Part shown: piece after piece, positions 8,701 to 16,622 of the stretch | How the letters are laid out: each line of letters opens with the position of its first letter | How positions within the stretch are numbered: position 1 is the stretch's first letter | Source: an uncultured Chloroflexia bacterium | GTDB taxonomy: Bacteria > Chloroflexota > Anaerolineae > CG2-30-64-16 | Assembly: GCA_963774265.1 (NCBI GenBank) | Contig: CAVZDU010000003.1 | Location: 320,001 to 384,000, forward strand | DNA: 64,000 bases | Direction of reading: 5' to 3' | Program-made: the position numbers and the translations under genes | The notes under the pieces: model-generated | Seen by the model: only the letters and a program-made list of their open reading frames with translations | Told to the model about the DNA's origin: nothing | The model's database searches: none

Positions 8701-10112
8701 CCGAGATCGTCACGCGATTCGGCCTGGGCACGCTGCTGACGCGTGATGTGGCCTTCGAGAGGAGCCGGGCGCGCAAGTACCTGACCAACGTGGTGCTCCT
8801 CCGGTCGCTTCTGTGGATGATCAGCCTGCCGGTGATGGCGCTGGCGCTGCTCGTTTTCCAGCGATCGCCCACCCCGTTGACGGGCGCTGAGATTCAGGCT
8901 ATTGGCCTGTTCGCCGGGGCGCTTTTCTTCGCGAATATCGCAGACGCGCTATCGTCGGTTTTCATGGCGTTTGAGAAAATGGAGTACCCCGCGGCAAGCG
9001 CCACCGCGGTCACGGTGGCCAAAGTGGCTTTGAGTGGCCTGGTGCTGCTGCCTCCGCTTAACCTTGGATTTGTCGGGCTGGCAGGCGTTGCCGTGCTGAT
9101 GAACGTGGTGCAGGTGATTTGGCTTTGGATCCTGCTGGAGCGCAAGGTGCTGGGGCCGGCAGAAGAGGCGATAAGTGCGGTAAGTGCCCGGCACTTCGAA
9201 AGTGCCGGGCACTTGAACGGGCACTTGAACGGCGCCCGGCGCTCGGGCGGCGTGGACTGGGGGCTCCAGCGGTATATGCTGCGTGAGTCCGGTCCGCTGA
9301 TGCTCAACCATTTGTTGGCGACGGTGTTTTGGCGCATCAGCCAATTGGTATTGCGAGGGGCCATCAACCCAGCGGCGGTAGGCATTTTTTCGGCCGGCAT
9401 TAAGTACATCGATGGGCTGAACGTCATCCCGGCCTACTTCACTGCGGCCATCTTCCCTCTGATGAGCCGCTATGCCCATGCCGGCAACGACTCCCTGGTC
9501 AAGGCATATCGCCTTGCGCTCCAGTTGTTGTTTATGGCCGCGCTGCCGATCGCGGTCTTCTTCACCTTTGCCGCGACCCCGTTGATTCAGATCCTCGGCG
9601 GCGCGGCCTACTTGCCCGATTCCGCTATCGCCCTGCGGGTGATGATCTGGTCCATCCCCATCGGCTTCATCAACTCGGTGACCCAGTACGTGTTGATTGC
9701 GGTGCATAAGCAGCGTTTCCTGACGGGCGCCTTCGTGATCGGCGTCCTCGTCGCGGCCATCAGCAACTGGGTGCTCGTGCCGCGGTATGGCGCGGTGGCG
9801 GCCGCCGCTTTGCTTATCCCTGCGGAATTGGCCCTGTTTTTCCCCTTTGCGTGGGCAGTGCAGCGCTACGTGGCCCCGATGCCGTGGCCTGCGTTGTTGG
9901 GGCGGCCGCTCTTGGCAACGGGTGTGAATCTGGTTATAGTATGGGGCTTAGAACGACTGGGCGTACCGCTGCTCGTTGCCTTGGTTGCCGGCTTCGTCGC
10001 ATACTGTGCGGTACTGTTTGCGCTCCGCGCCTTCAACGGCGAGGAGTTTGCCGTCCTGCGCAACTACGTCAATCGCCGACTTCGCCGGCCCGTGCGCGAA
10101 GCCACCACCTGA
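5730..10112 (+). CDS. YfhO-like GT-C membrane protein fused to a C-terminal Wzx/MOP-type flippase
   Basis: N-terminal YfhO features (LWNP..FTGVPF, AYAFSG, VRGYDS, LGVRY, AFPRAF, GWKAY); from about aa 945 VAKNS..., FGLGTLLTRDVA and PRYGAVAAA of a flippase. Confidence 0.8.
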   Translation: MRSSRRAGAFVTIVALLLLPLLWFAPQALGNKTLLPADNLFQYPPWQSFSDQLGVDVPYNALISDLVLENLQWKSLIVDALAAGNPADILWNPRSFTGVPFFAAGQQSAAYPLSLLFYVMPLWRAYGVFTWLQIGLAAVCMYLFMRSLRVRRIAAVLASIAYAFSGFFIVSVNFTMVIAAAAWLPLLLACIEIVVRKQQENVGRNFLPAPFVALGAAVLATQILAGHVEITYYTLMVAGLFAVWRLAGVWLRLRAWRPVVRIGVWLLIMIGLGMALGGVQILPLVELVQQSFREGSASLQQVRDWAWPSRQIITFLLPDFYGNPTHHAYFDIWQRTWVPVTQNALGQPLSTIDWGVKNYVEGGNYLGLTTLLLAAIGALAGVVSRGDPRGRSPAPELDHCAARPTYTWFFTILAILSLLFAFGTPLYAILYYGLPGYSQLHSAFRWVFPYTLSMAALAGFGLDWLLSQRETRMEEGRRKQEDLPHLPGTAGAGSSLVRFASVSERLPRLLAWLSILAGAGALLLVVLSVLIPSPFIALGERLLNWGFWSDLAQSRGFANGAMFWSYEAMQIVRFGAMALLTGLAILWLMCDRGRLYRGLPHGQALLAALPLVLTLLLDVWLVGRGFNPAVEKKLLEFTPPAIEFLQSKLDPAQPWRLTSFDGPDEKVLNANSAMRYGLEDVRGYDSIIPRQYVAYMRRLHPQGELLYNRIAAIYSQLGDQANYGALDNPLLHLLGVRYVVSTQAIPNDGYELVYDQEVKVYENTQAFPRAFIVPQAMSASDQTEALDKLQQLDPAEVVLIEGLAPERLPPAASPQVREVRFSQRGNREYFIDVNISDRGWLVVTDNYFDGWKAYLRPFGVEGEGVNASGESVEQQLPLYRADGTFRAVYLPQAGQWTVRFVYSPRSVLLGAYLTFLAGVTLVLLLGWWAWRRYYKGEGSEVGTVAKNSAVQVVMSLFNRGIDFAFAMLRLRVLSPEGEGSYVFAITFYLIAEIVTRFGLGTLLTRDVAFERSRARKYLTNVVLLRSLLWMISLPVMALALLVFQRSPTPLTGAEIQAIGLFAGALFFANIADALSSVFMAFEKMEYPAASATAVTVAKVALSGLVLLPPLNLGFVGLAGVAVLMNVVQVIWLWILLERKVLGPAEEAISAVSARHFESAGHLNGHLNGARRSGGVDWGLQRYMLRESGPLMLNHLLATVFWRISQLVLRGAINPAAVGIFSAGIKYIDGLNVIPAYFTAAIFPLMSRYAHAGNDSLVKAYRLALQLLFMAALPIAVFFTFAATPLIQILGGAAYLPDSAIALRVMIWSIPIGFINSVTQYVLIAVHKQRFLTGAFVIGVLVAAISNWVLVPRYGAVAAAALLIPAELALFFPFAWAVQRYVAPMPWPALLGRPLLATGVNLVIVWGLERLGVPLLVALVAGFVAYCAVLFALRAFNGEEFAVLRNYVNRRLRRPVREATT
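6880..6914 (+). repeat. GTAG-type REP-like palindrome inside the YfhO coding sequence
   Basis: GTAGGGGCGACCCTCGCGGTCGGTCCCCCGCCCCT. Confidence 0.6.
9182..9230. repeat. Perfect 15-bp inverted repeat plus a 12-nt tandem duplication inside the flippase domain
   Basis: AAGTGCCCGGCACTT-cga-AAGTGCCGGGCACTT, then gggcacttgaac x2. Confidence 0.85.
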
Positions 10113-10146
10113 TTGGGAACCGTCCCTATGGGACCAAGGGGGCACT

Positions 10147-10974
10147 ATGAGCTCCGAATCCGTCCTTGAACTGGAGCACGTCACCAAGCACTACGGCGAA
10201 ACGGCTGCCCTCTCCGATTTTTCACTCTCCGTGCTGCATGGAGAAATCCATGGGGTGCTGGGCGATAACGGTGCGGGCAAGACCACACTGCTTAAGATTT
10301 TGAGCGGAATGCTGGGTCGTGGAGCGTTTTCTGGTGTGGTTAAGGTTGATGGTGCAGCCGTTAGTATCGGCTCGCCGCAAGAGGCCATCAAGCACGGCAT
10401 CGGCATCGTTCCTCGCCGGCCGGGCATCTTTACGGGCCTCACCGTAGCCGATAATGTCGTCGTCGGCAAACAGATGCAGGGTCTCATCATCAACCAGGTG
10501 CGCATCCGGGAGCAAGCGCTACTGCTCATGGAGATGATCGGTCTGCGGCTTGACCCATTTGTCAAGGCCAATAATCTGACCAACAGCCAACAGCGTCTCC
10601 TGATGATCGCGCGTGCACTGAGTCTGGACGTCAAGATCGTGATCCTGGATGAGCCCTCCGCGTCCTTGACCACCCCTCAGGATCTCAGCCAACTGTTCCG
10701 CGCGGTGCGCAGCCTGGCCGAGCGGGACATCGCAACGCTCTATTTGACGCGGCGACCCGCCGAGGCAGTTCAGATCGCGGATCGCATCAGCGTGCTGCGC
10801 GACGGCGAGATTGTTGGTCAGTGGCAGCGCACGGATTTCGACGAAACCGAGCTGATCAAGCAGATGCAGAGCCAGCGGATCGGCGACGCAGGCTATATAG
10901 ATCATGATGATCTGAACCAGTCGCGCGGGTGGCTGGATGGGCTTCGGTCTTTGGTAAGCGGTAATCGCAATTGA
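10147..10974 (+). CDS. Orphan sugar-type ABC ATP-binding protein (single domain, degenerate motifs)
   Basis: Walker A GDNGAGKTT, Walker B ILDEP, ADRISVLRDG. Confidence 0.8.
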   Translation: MSSESVLELEHVTKHYGETAALSDFSLSVLHGEIHGVLGDNGAGKTTLLKILSGMLGRGAFSGVVKVDGAAVSIGSPQEAIKHGIGIVPRRPGIFTGLTVADNVVVGKQMQGLIINQVRIREQALLLMEMIGLRLDPFVKANNLTNSQQRLLMIARALSLDVKIVILDEPSASLTTPQDLSQLFRAVRSLAERDIATLYLTRRPAEAVQIADRISVLRDGEIVGQWQRTDFDETELIKQMQSQRIGDAGYIDHDDLNQSRGWLDGLRSLVSGNRN

Positions 10975-11061
10975 GTTAGGGCGGGTCTCACCTGCGCTGC
11001 ACTCACGCCCCTTGGGAGGCGCAGGTGTGCACTCGACCGCGCCTGGAGGAGGGTTTCTACG

Positions 11062-13260
11062 ATGCGGATCGGCATTATCACCAGCGGTGGCGACGCACCC
11101 GGCATGAATGCTGCCGTCCGGGCCATCACCCGATGCGCCCTGGACAAAGGAACTGAAGTCGTCGGCATCCATGAGGGCTGGCAGGGAGTGGTCGATGGGG
11201 GCGAGCAGTTCGAGCCGTTCAACTGGCGCAGCGTGGGCGGCATTCTGCAGCTCGGTGGCACGATCCTTGGTACGGCGCGTTGTGAGATCTTCCGTACGGT
11301 GCCTGGACGGCGCCAGGCCGCCCGCAACCTGGTCATGAATGACATCGATGGCATGGTGGTCATCGGCGGCGATGGCTCGCTCACCGGCGCCCTTTTACTG
11401 CAGCAGGAATGGGCCGAGCATGTCCGCGCATTGGCCGCCGAGGGGCTCATTCCAGCGGAGAAGGTCCAGGCTCACCCATCGCTGCGCATCGTCGGCCTGC
11501 CTGGATCCATCGACAACGACCAGTTCGGCACGGATATGAGCATCGGGGCTGACACTGCGCTGAATACGATCGTTGAGGCGGTGGATAAGCTGAAATCGAC
11601 CGCGGACTCCCACCAGCGCACCTTCGTGGTGGAAGTGATGGGCAGGCGTTGCGGTTATCTCGCTTTGATGGGCGCGGTGGCCACGGGTGCGGACTGGTTG
11701 CTGATCCCCGAAGAGGAAATGGATTCGCGCTGGCATTTTCGGATGATTGAAGCATTGAAGACCGGCCGGGAAGCGGGCCGCCGGCATGATGTCATCATCT
11801 TCGCCGAGGGTGCGCGGCACCCGGATGGGCTGCCCATCCGCGCCGACACCATCACCGAAATCTTGAGAAACCGTATGGGCATAGAGGCCCGCGTGACGGT
11901 TCTGGGACATGTACAGCGGGGCGGGTCGCCCAGTGGGTTCGACCGTAACCTGGCATCGCGGCTGGGCGCGGCGGCTGTGGACTACATCATGGGGCCGGAC
12001 GAGACGCCTGTGATGTTGGGGCTGGTTCACAACGAAACCAAGGCGACACCCTTGGATGAAGTGGTCGCTAAGAGCCTCGAGATCAACACCCAGATCGACC
12101 AGGGTAATTTCGACCAGGCGTTGGCCATGCGCGGCCGCAGTTTCCTGGACTCGCTCAGCTTGCTAAAGACGCTGGCACGCGCGCATCCCAAGGCAGAACT
12201 AGCGGCCCGTGGTCGCATCGCCATCATGACAGGGGGACCTGATTCGCCTGGCATGAACGCGATCCTGCGCACAGCGCTCCGCATGGCACGGAATGAGGGC
12301 CAGGATGTCATCGGCATCCGCTATGGTCTCGGCGGACTGGCGCGTGGGGATGTCTGGGACCTGAACTGGATGGACGTTCAGAACTGGATAAATCTGGGCG
12401 GCAGCGAATTGGGAGCGATCCGGCACGAACTAGACGATGCGGAGATCAAGGCGATCGCACAGCAGATCCGCCAATGGGACATCCGCGGGATCATTGCGGT
12501 CGGGGGTCTACAGACATACCAGCAGATCGCGAAACTCGAGGCCGCGCGTGACATCTACGCGGAGCTGCGCATCCCAATGATCTGCGTTCCCGCAACGATC
12601 GGCAACAACCTGCCCGCCACCGAGATCACCGTAGGCGCGGACACCGCGCTAAACAACATCGTCGATGCGGTGGATAAAATCAAGTATACGGCTGGCGCAG
12701 CCCATCGTACCTTCCTCGTGGAGGTCATGGGCCGGGAGAGCGGTTACCTGGCGCTGGCGTCGAGCATCGCGACCGGTGCAGAGATGCAACTGCTCAACGA
12801 GGATGGAATCGATCTGAGAGTCTTGCAGAAGGATATCGAGCAGCTCCGTGAAGGCTTTGCCAGCGGCAAGAAACTGGGGATTGTCATCATCGCAGAGGAT
12901 GCTTCGCCATACTACGACACCGAGTTCGTCCGTCGCATCATGGTGGCGGAGGCGCACGGTCAGTTCGACGTGCGCGAAGCGATCCTGGGGCACCTGCAGC
13001 GCGGGGGCGTGCCGACCGCGTTCGATCGGGTTCAGGGCAGCCGCCTGGGCGCTCATGCCGCCCGCAAGATCATGGATGACGTCGCGGCAGGGCGGGATGA
13101 AGTCAACGTCATCGGGGTTTGGCGCCGCGGTGTCGAGATCACCCCACTTGCCGAGGCGATGAACCAGATGGACTGGGTGCACGATCGTCCCAAGATCCAG
13201 ACCTGGCTTTCATGGCGACCCATGTCGGTGGTGCTGGCGAAGGCGAATCCGGGGATCTAG
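11062..13260 (+). CDS. pfkA: ATP-dependent 6-phosphofructokinase, tandem-duplicated (eukaryotic-type) architecture
   Basis: Two PFK halves: GGDAPGMN/GGDGS/SIDND/GHVQRGG and GGPDSPGMN/TIGNN/GHLQRGG; 732 aa. Confidence 0.93.
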   Translation: MRIGIITSGGDAPGMNAAVRAITRCALDKGTEVVGIHEGWQGVVDGGEQFEPFNWRSVGGILQLGGTILGTARCEIFRTVPGRRQAARNLVMNDIDGMVVIGGDGSLTGALLLQQEWAEHVRALAAEGLIPAEKVQAHPSLRIVGLPGSIDNDQFGTDMSIGADTALNTIVEAVDKLKSTADSHQRTFVVEVMGRRCGYLALMGAVATGADWLLIPEEEMDSRWHFRMIEALKTGREAGRRHDVIIFAEGARHPDGLPIRADTITEILRNRMGIEARVTVLGHVQRGGSPSGFDRNLASRLGAAAVDYIMGPDETPVMLGLVHNETKATPLDEVVAKSLEINTQIDQGNFDQALAMRGRSFLDSLSLLKTLARAHPKAELAARGRIAIMTGGPDSPGMNAILRTALRMARNEGQDVIGIRYGLGGLARGDVWDLNWMDVQNWINLGGSELGAIRHELDDAEIKAIAQQIRQWDIRGIIAVGGLQTYQQIAKLEAARDIYAELRIPMICVPATIGNNLPATEITVGADTALNNIVDAVDKIKYTAGAAHRTFLVEVMGRESGYLALASSIATGAEMQLLNEDGIDLRVLQKDIEQLREGFASGKKLGIVIIAEDASPYYDTEFVRRIMVAEAHGQFDVREAILGHLQRGGVPTAFDRVQGSRLGAHAARKIMDDVAAGRDEVNVIGVWRRGVEITPLAEAMNQMDWVHDRPKIQTWLSWRPMSVVLAKANPGI

Positions 13261-14393
13261 GAAATCCTCTCGATTTCGGCGATCAATCGGTCAATTTGTT
13301 CGCTGGTATGTGTGGCGAAGATGGCCACGCGCAGAGCGCCACCCTCAGGCGTACTACTGTAGCGGGTGACGTGCGCCACGCAAATGTCTCGCTGAAACAG
13401 CTCCGCCTTGATACTCGCCAGGTTGACTCCAGGGAGTGCCCCCAGGCAAATGATCGGAATCGGCGTGTCTTCGAGAGGCCAGCCGAGCTTTCTCAGCCCC
13501 CTGCGGGCACGCGCAACGTTGGACCATAGCCGTTCCCGAAGCTCAGAGTGAGTGCGGACATAATCAAGCGACCACGCCGAGGCGGCGGCAGACGGCAGCG
13601 GCGACGGGCTGCTCCCCTCTGGCGCATGTGCGTTGCGCCAGAGGCGCTCGATGAACGGGGACGATCCGGCGATGAGACCGCCGTGCCCTGCGAGCGCTTT
13701 GCTCAGTGTGTGGGTTGTGTGACACCGCACACCCGTATCAGACTCGATGGACTTTGGTTCGAATCCTTGCCGTTCCGATACGAACTCCAGCGAGCCGCGA
13801 CCGAGGCTGCCGATAACACCGGTAGCGTGCGCGTCGTCGATGAGGAGGATCGCGCCTTCATAGCTGCCGAGCACCTGCACGTAGTCCTGAAGGGGCGCGA
13901 CGTCACCGGAGATCGGGAACACGCCGTCTGTCAGCACCAGCGGGCGCTCAGCCCGCCCCAAGGTTGACCGTAAGTCATTGGCGAGCGCGTGCGGGTCCGC
14001 ATGGCGGTAGGTGTGCACCGGGACAGCGGTTGCGCCGGCCGCGTCGCGGCCACTGAAATGCGCAGCCTCGTCCACGTAGATTCGGTCATAGTCACCCCCC
14101 AGGCCCTGCAACAGGATTTCGCTCCCCAGGTAGGCTGAGACTGTGTAGAGCGCGGCTTCTTCGTCGAGGAAAGCAGCGGCCGCGCGTTCGACTGCGTGAA
14201 AAATCGGGTGCTCGCCATAGCCGCCACGAGAGGTAGCCGTGGTCAGGCCGTATTTGCGCAGTGCTTCGCTGGCGGCGGCCACGAGGCCCTCGTGCCCCTG
14301 CAATCCCAGGTAGCCGGTGCCTGCGAAATAGTCGCGCCACCGGCCATTGATCAGTGTGCGTGCGCCAGGCGCACTTTCCATAAGGAAATCCAT
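13257..14393 (-). CDS. PLP-dependent alpha-oxoamine synthase family enzyme (BioF/Kbl/SPT-like)
   Basis: YLGL, TDGVF, IDDAHATG, TLSKAL..GG. Confidence 0.85.
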   Translation of the reverse strand: MDFLMESAPGARTLINGRWRDYFAGTGYLGLQGHEGLVAAASEALRKYGLTTATSRGGYGEHPIFHAVERAAAAFLDEEAALYTVSAYLGSEILLQGLGGDYDRIYVDEAAHFSGRDAAGATAVPVHTYRHADPHALANDLRSTLGRAERPLVLTDGVFPISGDVAPLQDYVQVLGSYEGAILLIDDAHATGVIGSLGRGSLEFVSERQGFEPKSIESDTGVRCHTTHTLSKALAGHGGLIAGSSPFIERLWRNAHAPEGSSPSPLPSAAASAWSLDYVRTHSELRERLWSNVARARRGLRKLGWPLEDTPIPIICLGALPGVNLASIKAELFQRDICVAHVTRYSSTPEGGALRVAIFATHTSEQIDRLIAEIERIS

Positions 14394-14399
14394 CCGCCC

Positions 14400-15416
14400 T
14401 CAGTTCTTCACGAAGGATCGTGCGCCCACAAACGTCTCGCGCAGCCCGTCGACTTGCTGGACGTTGTCTTCGTACACGCCGTTGATACGCCGCGAAGAGT
14501 GGATGATGTCCCATCCACCGCGGCTAACTGCCACGTGGGTGATCTTTCTTGCGTCCCCGGCCTCGCTGAAAAAGAGCAGATCGCCGGGCTGGTAGGGGAA
14601 GTCGACCGGCCGGCCAACCGCGTATTGCATATCAGCATCGCGCGGCAGGGTCACGCCGGAGAGGCGGTGAAGCAGCTGGCTGAAGCCCGAGCAATCGATG
14701 CCCCAGGCGGTGCAGCCACCCCACAGATACTGAACGCCAATGAACTGAGCCGCGTCGCGGATGATCTGGCTGCGTTGGGCTGCCTCATCGTGAGGCAGTG
14801 CACCGAACGCGCGCAGCGCATCGGCGCGAAGCCAGCCGGAGTGCGTCCCCGCGAGGGCGACGTGGCGCCACAGGCCTTCGCCTGCGTCCACGGCCACAGC
14901 GGTTCCTCCCAGGAGCCGCGTGACGAGCGGGGTCGCGTCATAGGGTTCTGCCCGGACCCAGGCTTCCGTTGTGCACACCAGATGGGTGACGGTGCAGCCC
15001 GTTGCATCGGTGAGGTATGGGGCGTAGGCCCAGCCGAGATAGCCATCAGCCAGGCGGACAAAACGCCAGCGCTCCTCTTCGAGCAAGACTTCGACGGACC
15101 AGCCGTTGAGCAACTGGCTCACCTGCTCGGCCATGAAAGAGGGCTTGGCGTACAGCCCGGTTACGTTGGCGCCAACAACAAGGGTTGGACCGCCGGGGCG
15201 GAGGATGCGCACTTGCGTTGCGTCGAATGTGGCCAGGGGAAATCGAGCGGCTAGTTGATCCAACACATCGTGAAGCGTTCTCTCGTCCAACACCGTACCA
15301 TCGAGGATACCCCCAGCCTCGGAATCTTCGACCATCGCAAGCCGGCAATAGCGCGTGCGGCTGTCGGAGTAGGCACTGGCGATCTCGCTCAGCGCGGCCA
15401 TCATCGCATCTATCAC
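14400..15416 (-). CDS. SH3 + NlpC/P60 gamma-D-glutamyl peptidase (YkfC/dipeptidyl-peptidase VI-like)
   Basis: SQLLNG, DGYLGW, YLWGG, GIDCSG, LPRDA, GDLLFF, THV, IIHS; GTG start overlaps the upstream TGA. Confidence 0.88.
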   Translation of the reverse strand: MIDAMMAALSEIASAYSDSRTRYCRLAMVEDSEAGGILDGTVLDERTLHDVLDQLAARFPLATFDATQVRILRPGGPTLVVGANVTGLYAKPSFMAEQVSQLLNGWSVEVLLEEERWRFVRLADGYLGWAYAPYLTDATGCTVTHLVCTTEAWVRAEPYDATPLVTRLLGGTAVAVDAGEGLWRHVALAGTHSGWLRADALRAFGALPHDEAAQRSQIIRDAAQFIGVQYLWGGCTAWGIDCSGFSQLLHRLSGVTLPRDADMQYAVGRPVDFPYQPGDLLFFSEAGDARKITHVAVSRGGWDIIHSSRRINGVYEDNVQQVDGLRETFVGARSFVKN

Positions 15417-16459
15417 GGCAACACCTCCCCAAACACGCGCGCCATGTTGCGCCAGCAAACCTTTTCCACCTGGGGCGCTGTCAGCCCCGCCTCCCGGAGC
15501 ACGTCCACGATGCCCGGATAGCTTTCGATCCCGGTCACTCCCGCCGGCGTGATATTGATGCCATCCAGATCACCGCCCAGGCCGATGCAATCTTCTCCGC
15601 CGATATGCAGTGCATGTCGCACATGTCGCCCGACCCAGTCCAGCTTGGGGAGGGGGATCACGGCCAATTGGGGGCCGGCGGCCATGCGGTGCTTTTGCCG
15701 CGTGGCCGCGTCCGCACCCTTCACAGGGGCCATGATCGCATCCCACGCAGCGAGGTAGGACGGGTCGAGAAAATCGGGCGCGAGATTGATGCCCATGACA
15801 CCTCCCTGATCGGCCAGGATGCGGATTTGTGCATCGGTCAGGTTGCGCGGGGCGGGGCTCAGGGCGCGGCAGTCGGAGTGGCTGGCGATGAAGGGCAGGT
15901 CACCCATCAACGCGGACACCTCAAGAAAGGCCGCGTCTGACAGGTGCGACACGTCCACCATGATACGGAGCGAACGCGCCAGCTCGATGAGCCGGCGGCC
16001 CCCGGCGCTCAATGGCCCACCGCCGCCGGACGAGCTCCCAGAGAAGTGGTTATCGTCCCAGGCGGGGATGACCAGGCGCACGCCCAGCGCGAAAAAATCA
16101 GCCAACGCCTCAGCATCGGGGAGCGGATCTGCACCCTCCAAACCGACGATCGCTGCCACCCCCGCGCCTTCATCTTCGAAGGCGCGCGCGATATCGGCTC
16201 CTGTCCGGGCGATAATCATGCGCTCCCCAGACTCGTCTGCCCAGCCGTGCAGGGTGCGGATCGCCTCTTCTGCCAGTGCGCGGATGTCACGCTGGGGGAA
16301 GTAGGAGGCCGCGGCGAAGACCGCGAAGACCTGGGCGCGACTCCCCGCGGCGGCCAGGCGGGGTAGGTCTATGTGGCCGCGAGGGTCGCCGGCCACGAAG
16401 CCGAATGTGCGGTCATAACTGTTCATGACCGCGTCGCAGTGTGCGTCGAAGAATCGCAT
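15413..16459 (-). CDS. Membrane dipeptidase family M19
   Basis: DAHCD, GLEG, DVSHLS, ASHS, RNLTD, GLGGDLDG. Confidence 0.9.
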   Translation of the reverse strand: MRFFDAHCDAVMNSYDRTFGFVAGDPRGHIDLPRLAAAGSRAQVFAVFAAASYFPQRDIRALAEEAIRTLHGWADESGERMIIARTGADIARAFEDEGAGVAAIVGLEGADPLPDAEALADFFALGVRLVIPAWDDNHFSGSSSGGGGPLSAGGRRLIELARSLRIMVDVSHLSDAAFLEVSALMGDLPFIASHSDCRALSPAPRNLTDAQIRILADQGGVMGINLAPDFLDPSYLAAWDAIMAPVKGADAATRQKHRMAAGPQLAVIPLPKLDWVGRHVRHALHIGGEDCIGLGGDLDGINITPAGVTGIESYPGIVDVLREAGLTAPQVEKVCWRNMARVFGEVLP

Positions 16460-16474
16460 CGAAGTGTTCCTTAG

Positions 16475-16539
16475 GTAGGGGCGGACCTGTGTGTCCGCCC
16501 GATCACCAGGTAGGGGCGGACACACAGGTCCGCCCCTAC
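16475..16539. repeat. REP doublet (REPIN) of the GTAG family
   Basis: GTAGGGGCGGACCTGTGTGTCCGCCC followed by its exact reverse complement GGGCGGACACACAGGTCCGCCCCTAC. Confidence 0.9.
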
Positions 16540-16564
16540 TACAGGTCCGCCCGGTCGCTACCGG

Positions 16565-16622
16565 GGATGGCGCGATCCTGAGGATGGCGCGATCCTCAGG
16601 ATCGCGCCATCCTCAGGATCGC
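16565..16622. repeat. Long palindrome built from GGATGGCGCGATCCT(G/C)A units
   Basis: gcgatcctgaggatggcgcgatcct-c-aggatcgcgccatcctcaggatcgc (25-bp arms); overlaps the epimerase stop codon. Confidence 0.85.

Noticed and set aside
13257-14393. Gene symbol bioF
   Set aside because: The family is clear, but BioF, Kbl and SPT cannot be separated by eye and there is no biotin gene context
16475-16622. CRISPR array
   Set aside because: The repeats are inverted or adjacent without unique spacers; this is REP-type structure
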